A stretch of 32,000 nucleotides of DNA, taken from NCBI RefSeq assembly GCF_001457615.1, contig NZ_LN831024.1, positions 120,001 through 152,000 on the forward strand. The letters run 5' to 3'. Position 1 is the stretch's first letter; every line of letters starts with the position of its first letter. Position numbers and translations under genes: made by a program. Below the pieces are notes generated by a model. That model did not search any database. It saw nothing but the letters and a program-made list of their open reading frames with translations, and was not told the DNA's origin. Source of the DNA: Pseudomonas aeruginosa (GTDB taxonomy: Bacteria; Pseudomonadota; Gammaproteobacteria; Pseudomonadales; Pseudomonadaceae). Shown here piece by piece: positions 27,453-32,000 of this stretch.

Positions 27453-28946
27453 TCAGAGGCTGGGGAAGGCGAATTGCGAGGCCTCGTGGCTGGCCCGCTG
27501 CGGCCAGCGCTGGGTGATGGCCTTGCGCCGGGTGTAGAAGCGCACGCCGTCCGGGCCGTAGGCGTGGAGGTCGCCGAACAGCGAGCGCTTCCAGCCGCCG
27601 AAGCTGTGGTAGGCCACCGGCACCGGCAGCGGGACGTTGACGCCGACCATGCCGACCTCGATCTCGTCGCAGAACAGGCGTGCGGCCTCGCCGTCGCGGG
27701 TGAAGATGCAGGTGCCGTTGCCGTATTCGTGGTCGTTGATCAACTGCATGGCCTCTTCCAGGCTGTTGACGCGAACCACGCACAGCACCGGGCCGAAGAT
27801 CTCTTCCTTGTAGATGGTCATTTCCGGGGTCACCCGGTCGAACAGGCTGCCGCCGAGGAAGAAGCCGTTCTCGTGGCCGGCGACCTGGTAGCCACGGCCG
27901 TCCACCACCAGCTCCGCGCCCTGGGCCACGCCGCTGTCGATGTAGCCGGTGACCTTGGCCTGCGCGGCGGCAGTGACCAGCGGGCCCATGTCGAGGCCGC
28001 AGGAAGTGCCGGCGCCGATCTTCAGCGCCTTGATCTGCGGAACCAGCTTGGCGATCAGCGCGTCGGCCACCTGGTCGCCGACGCATACCGCCACCGAGAT
28101 CGCCATGCAGCGCTCGCCGCAGGAGCCGTAGGCGGCACCCATCAACGCGCTGACGGCGTTGTCGAGGTCGGCGTCGGGCATCAGCACCGCATGGTTCTTC
28201 GCGCCGCCCAGGGCCTGCACGCGCTTGCCGCGCTTGGTGCCCTCGGCATAGATGTATTCGGCGATGGGGGTCGAGCCGACGAAGCTGATGGCTTTCACTT
28301 CCGGCGCCTGGAGCAGGCCGTCCACGGCTTCCTTGTCGCCGTGCACCACGTTCAGCACGCCCTTCGGCAGGCCGGCTTCGTGGAACAGCTCGGCGATCAG
28401 CAGGGTGGAGCTGGGGTCGCGCTCGGAGGGCTTGAGGATGAAGGTGTTGCCGCAGGCGATGGCCAGCGGGTACATCCACAGCGGCACCATCGCCGGGAAG
28501 TTGAACGGGGTGATCCCGGCGACCACGCCGATCGGCTGGAAGTCGCTCCAGGCGTCGATGTTCGGGCCGACGTTGCGGCTGTACTCGCCCTTGAGGATTT
28601 CCGGGGCGGCGCAGGCGTACTCGACGTTCTCGATGCCGCGCTTGAGTTCGCCGGCGGCGTCTTCCAGGGTCTTGCCGTGCTCTTCGCTGATCAGCTTGGA
28701 AATCCGCGCCTCGTTCTGCTCCAGCAGTTGCTTGAAGCGGTACAGCACCTGTGCACGCTTGGCCGGCGGGGTGTTGCGCCAGGCCGGGAAAGCGGCCCTG
28801 GCGGCATCGATGGCTTTCTGCAGGGTCTTGCCGTCGGCCAGCGGGACCTTGTGGATGGCTTCGCCGGTGGAGGGGTTGAAGACGTCGGCGCTGCGGCCGT
28901 TGTCGGCGACCATTTCGCCGTTGATCAGGTGGTGGAGGGTGCCCAT
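27453..28946 (-). CDS. bauC: CoA-acylating malonate/methylmalonate semialdehyde dehydrogenase (3-oxopropanoate dehydrogenase)
   Basis: 497 aa; MGTLHHLINGEMVADNGRSADVFNPSTGEAIHKVPLAD...YGSCGERCMAISVAVCVGD (catalytic Cys); MmsA family. Confidence 0.92.
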   Translation of the reverse strand: MGTLHHLINGEMVADNGRSADVFNPSTGEAIHKVPLADGKTLQKAIDAARAAFPAWRNTPPAKRAQVLYRFKQLLEQNEARISKLISEEHGKTLEDAAGELKRGIENVEYACAAPEILKGEYSRNVGPNIDAWSDFQPIGVVAGITPFNFPAMVPLWMYPLAIACGNTFILKPSERDPSSTLLIAELFHEAGLPKGVLNVVHGDKEAVDGLLQAPEVKAISFVGSTPIAEYIYAEGTKRGKRVQALGGAKNHAVLMPDADLDNAVSALMGAAYGSCGERCMAISVAVCVGDQVADALIAKLVPQIKALKIGAGTSCGLDMGPLVTAAAQAKVTGYIDSGVAQGAELVVDGRGYQVAGHENGFFLGGSLFDRVTPEMTIYKEEIFGPVLCVVRVNSLEEAMQLINDHEYGNGTCIFTRDGEAARLFCDEIEVGMVGVNVPLPVPVAYHSFGGWKRSLFGDLHAYGPDGVRFYTRRKAITQRWPQRASHEASQFAFPSL

Positions 28947-29029
28947 CTTGTCTTGTTCTCTCTTCGCTAGGGGTGACGAAAGGGCCGTGGCCCTTTCCCT
29001 TTACCCGCTCCCTGGGGAGCGGGTGCGGA

Positions 29030-29317
29030 TTACTTGATCTCGGTCTCGACGAAGACCACTTCGTGTGCGCTGGCGTTGATCACGTTGTGCTCGACGCCGG
29101 CCTTGCGGAAGTAGGCCTGTCCGGCGACCAGCGGCGCGTGGCGGTCGCCCTCGGGGGTTTCCAGCAGCAGCGTGCCGTCGGTCAGCGGTACCACCACATA
29201 GTCGTGGCCGTGGCGGTGGCGCCCGGTTTCCGCGCCGGGGGCGAAGCGCCATTCGGTCACGATCACCTCGGCGTTGTCCACCTGCACGGTGGGTACGGCT
29301 TGCGGGCGGCCGCTCAT
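29030..29317 (-). CDS. bauB: Small cupin-fold protein of the bau locus
   Basis: 95 aa from MSGRPQAVPTVQVDNAEVIVTEWRFAPGAETGRHRHGHDYVVVPLTDGTLLLETPEG; its start overlaps the bauA stop. The longer upstream ORF extension is antisense-like noise. Confidence 0.88.
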   Translation of the reverse strand: MSGRPQAVPTVQVDNAEVIVTEWRFAPGAETGRHRHGHDYVVVPLTDGTLLLETPEGDRHAPLVAGQAYFRKAGVEHNVINASAHEVVFVETEIK

Positions 29318-30663
29318 CAGGCGATGCCGTTGAGCGCTTCGCCGACCGCGTCGAACAGGCGGTCCAGCTCTTCCGGCCTGGCGTTGAAGGTCGGGCCGAA
29401 TTGCAGGGTATCGCCGCCGAAGCGCACGTAGAAACCCTGTTGCCAGAGCTTCATGCCGGCCTCGAACGGACGCACGGTCGGATCGCCGTCGCGCGGGGCG
29501 ATCTGGATCGCGCCGGCCAGGCCGCAGTTGCGGATGTCGATGACGTTCTTCGCGCCTTGCAGGCCGTGCAGGCCCTTCTCGAAGTGCGGCGCCAGCTCGG
29601 CGGACTGCTGCACCAGGTTGTCCCTGGCCAGGATGTCCAGCGCGGCGAGGCCGGCGGCGCAGGCGACCGGGTGCGCGGAGTAGGTGTAGCCGTGGCTGAA
29701 CTCCACCGCGTGCTCGGGCAGCGCCTGGTTCATGAAGGTGTCGTAGATCTCGCTGCTGGCGATCACCGCGCCCATCGGCACGGCGCCGTTGGTGACCTGC
29801 TTGGCGACGTTCATCAGGTCCGGGGTGACGCCGAAGTACTCGGCGCCGCTGTAGGTGCCCAGGCGGCCGAAGGCGGTGATCACCTCGTCGAAGATCAGCA
29901 GGATGTTGTGCTGGTCGCAGATCTCGCGCAGGCGCTGCAGGTAGCCGACCGGCGGTACCAGTACGCCGGCGGAGCCGGACATCGGCTCGACGATCACCGC
30001 GGCGATGTTCGAGGCGTCGTGCAGTTCGATCAGCTTGAGCAGCTCGTTGGCCAGCTCGACGCCGCCGGTCTGGGCCATCCCGCGGGTGAACGCCATGCCC
30101 GGTTGAAGGGTGTGCGGCAGATGGTCGACGTCCATCAGCTGGCCGAACATCTTGCGGTTGCCACCGATCCCGCCGAGGCTGGTGCCGGCGACGTTGACCC
30201 CGTGGTAGCCGCGGGCGCGGCCGATCAGCTTGGTCTTCTGCGGCTGGCCTTTCAGGCGCCAGTAGGCGCGGGCCATCTTGATCGAGGTGTCGGCGCACTC
30301 GGAGCCGGAACCGGTGAAGAACACGTGGTTCAGTTCGCCTGGCAGCAACCCGGCGATCTTCTCGGCCAACTGGAAGGACAGCGGATGGCCGTACTGGAAG
30401 CCCGGCGAGTAGTCGAGGGTGCCGAGCTGGCGAGCCACCGCCTCCTGGATTTCCTTGCGCGAGTGGCCGGCGCCGCAGGTCCACAGGCCGGACAGGCTGT
30501 CGTAGACCTTGCGGCCCTTGTCGTCGGTCAGCCAGCTGCCTTCGGCGGCGACGATGATCCGCGGGTCCTTCTGGAAGTTGCGGTTGGCGGAGAAGGGCAT
30601 CCAGTGGGCGCGCAGGTTGAGTTCGCTGGAAACCGGCGGGGCCACGTTGAGCGGCTGGTTCAT
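29317..30663 (-). CDS. bauA: Beta-alanine:pyruvate aminotransferase (class III PLP)
   Basis: 448 aa; SGLWTCGAGHSRKEIQEAVARQLGTLDY...LLIFDEVITAFGRLG...NVAKQVTNGAVPMGAVIAS (PLP Lys). Confidence 0.95.
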   Translation of the reverse strand: MNQPLNVAPPVSSELNLRAHWMPFSANRNFQKDPRIIVAAEGSWLTDDKGRKVYDSLSGLWTCGAGHSRKEIQEAVARQLGTLDYSPGFQYGHPLSFQLAEKIAGLLPGELNHVFFTGSGSECADTSIKMARAYWRLKGQPQKTKLIGRARGYHGVNVAGTSLGGIGGNRKMFGQLMDVDHLPHTLQPGMAFTRGMAQTGGVELANELLKLIELHDASNIAAVIVEPMSGSAGVLVPPVGYLQRLREICDQHNILLIFDEVITAFGRLGTYSGAEYFGVTPDLMNVAKQVTNGAVPMGAVIASSEIYDTFMNQALPEHAVEFSHGYTYSAHPVACAAGLAALDILARDNLVQQSAELAPHFEKGLHGLQGAKNVIDIRNCGLAGAIQIAPRDGDPTVRPFEAGMKLWQQGFYVRFGGDTLQFGPTFNARPEELDRLFDAVGEALNGIA

Positions 30664-30797
30664 CGTTCGATCCTCGGGCTTTCTTGTTGGAAGGTTCCGC
30701 GCACGCGGCGGCGGAGCGTTGGATCAAGCTTGGCCCTGACGAAAGGTTAGATAAAGCTTATTCTTCTCACGTTTAGTTTCGACTGGGTAAAACAATA

Positions 30798-31715
30798 ATG
30801 GCCAAATCCCGCAACCCGTCGCTCGGCCAGGTCAGCGATTTCGATATCCGCCTGCTGCGCATCTTCAAGACCATCGTCGAGTGCGGCAGTTTCTCCGCCG
30901 CGGAGAGCACTCTCGGCCTCAGCCGCTCGGCGATCAGCCTGCACATGGGCGACCTGGAGAAGCGCCTGGGCATGCGCCTGTGCCAGCGCGGCCGCGCCGG
31001 CTTCGCCCTGACCGACGAGGGCCGCGAGGTCTATCGCGCGACCCAGACCCTGCTGGCGGCGCTGGAGGGGTTCCGCGCCGAGGTCAACGACCTGCACCAG
31101 CACCTGCGCGGCGAACTCAACATCGGCATCATCAACAACCTGGTGACCCTGCCGCAGATGCGCATCACCCACGCTCTCAGCGCGCTCAAGGGGCAGGGAC
31201 CGCAGGTGCGGATCAACATCGGCATGACCACCCCCAACGAGATCGAACTGGGCGTGCTCGACGGCCACCTGCATGTCGGCGTGGTGCCGTTGATCAGTCC
31301 GCTGTCGGGGCTCGAGTACCTGCCGCTGTATGACGAGCACGCGCAGCTCTATTGCAGCCGCGGCCACGCACTGTTCGAGCGCGCCGACGGCGATATCGCG
31401 GTGGACGAGGTGCTCGCCGCGGACGCCGTGGCGCCCAGCTACCGCCTGCCCGCCGAAGCCCAGGCGCGCCACCAGGAGCTGAACAACAGCGCCAGCGCCT
31501 CGGACCGTGAGGGCATGGCATTCCTGATCCTGACCGGCAACTTCATCGGCTACCTGCCGTCGCACTACGCTGCCGACTGGGTCGCCGCCGGGATGCTGCG
31601 GCCCCTGCTGCCGGAGCGTTTCCACTATGCCATCGCGCTGACCATCGTGACCCGCAAGGGACGCCGGCCGAACCTGGTGCTGGAGCGCTTCCTGGAGGCG
31701 GTGGCGGTGTCGTGA
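30798..31715 (+). CDS. bauR: LysR-family regulator of the beta-alanine utilisation locus
   Basis: 305 aa; LRIFKTIVECGSFSAAESTLGLSRSAISLHMGDLEKRLGMRLCQRGRAGFALTDEGREVY; divergent from bauA. Confidence 0.92.
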   Translation: MAKSRNPSLGQVSDFDIRLLRIFKTIVECGSFSAAESTLGLSRSAISLHMGDLEKRLGMRLCQRGRAGFALTDEGREVYRATQTLLAALEGFRAEVNDLHQHLRGELNIGIINNLVTLPQMRITHALSALKGQGPQVRINIGMTTPNEIELGVLDGHLHVGVVPLISPLSGLEYLPLYDEHAQLYCSRGHALFERADGDIAVDEVLAADAVAPSYRLPAEAQARHQELNNSASASDREGMAFLILTGNFIGYLPSHYAADWVAAGMLRPLLPERFHYAIALTIVTRKGRRPNLVLERFLEAVAVS

Positions 31716-31827
31716 GGGCGCGGATGGAGTAACGCGAGCTTCGGCCGCCCGCCGAACGGCGTCTTTTCTCTACGGCGCGAGGAGGTGGCATGCAGCGACG
31801 GGCCGAGCCAACGCGGGAAAGAGACTC

Positions 31828-32000
31828 TCACCCCTTCACATGGCGCCGCTCCCCCATCACCCAGGTCTCCGCCACCGCGCGGTCGTCGCCCAGGGTGTTC
31901 AGCACGAACAGGGTATCGGCCAGGCCGCGCGCATGCTCCATGCGCTGGGCGATCATCGGCGTGGCGGCCAGGTCGAGGGCGACGAAGTCGGCTTCGCGGC
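31828..32000 (-). CDS. guaD: 3' end of guanine deaminase-like amidohydrolase (partial)
   Basis: Minus-strand translation READFVALDLAATPMIAQRMEHARGLADTLFVLNTLGDDRAVAETWVMGERRHVKG* matches the C-terminal tail expected for guanine deaminase. Confidence 0.75.
   Translation of the reverse strand, partial: READFVALDLAATPMIAQRMEHARGLADTLFVLNTLGDDRAVAETWVMGERRHVKG

Noticed and set aside
27396-28970. 524-aa ORF on + strand opposite bauC
   Set aside because: Shadow ORF of GC-rich bauC; the minus-strand product is a clear MmsA-family dehydrogenase.
29030-30727. 565-aa minus-strand ORF spanning bauB and bauA
   Set aside because: Only the last 95 aa (from MSGRPQAVPT) are the cupin; the upstream part is an out-of-frame read of bauA.

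Overview
This window looks like Pseudomonas aeruginosa core/accessory chromosome. Gene content and order match the PAO1 PA0098(3' end)-PA0134 region from memory; this was not checked by alignment. From left to right it holds: (1) a type VI secretion effector/immunity module, with a PAAR-like/DUF4150 N-terminus fused to a Cys-rich AHH/GHH-type nuclease C-terminus (Tse7-like), a beta-propeller-like immunity protein (Tsi7-like), and an overlapping TIGR02270-type HEAT-like protein; (2) a beta-carbonic anhydrase interrupted by an apparent 1-nt deletion, followed by a SulP transporter; (3) a complete caa3/aa3-type cytochrome c oxidase structural and assembly cluster (coxB, coxA, cox11, coxC, SURF1, ctaA, ctaB/cyoE, senC/SCO); (4) an ElaA-like GNAT, an HxlR-type regulator, and an SDR + HCCA-isomerase-like pair preceded by a tandem operator-like repeat; (5) a DctA-like transporter with two successive GntR/FadR regulators; (6) a RahU-like aegerolysin and an LysR regulator; (7) a ParDE-like toxin-antitoxin pair with a repeated GTATAC motif upstream; (8) two small lipoproteins and PhnA/YjdM; (9) the beta-alanine utilisation locus bauDCBA with divergent bauR; and (10) the 3' end of a guanine deaminase-like gene. 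I found no CRISPR array, rRNA, tRNA or prophage. The most notable sequence-level observations are the carbonic anhydrase frameshift immediately after the zinc-ligand motif, the T6SS effector/immunity module, the two AGTTC-N7-GAACT-like repeats before the SDR gene, and the paired GTATAC motifs upstream of the toxin-antitoxin operon.
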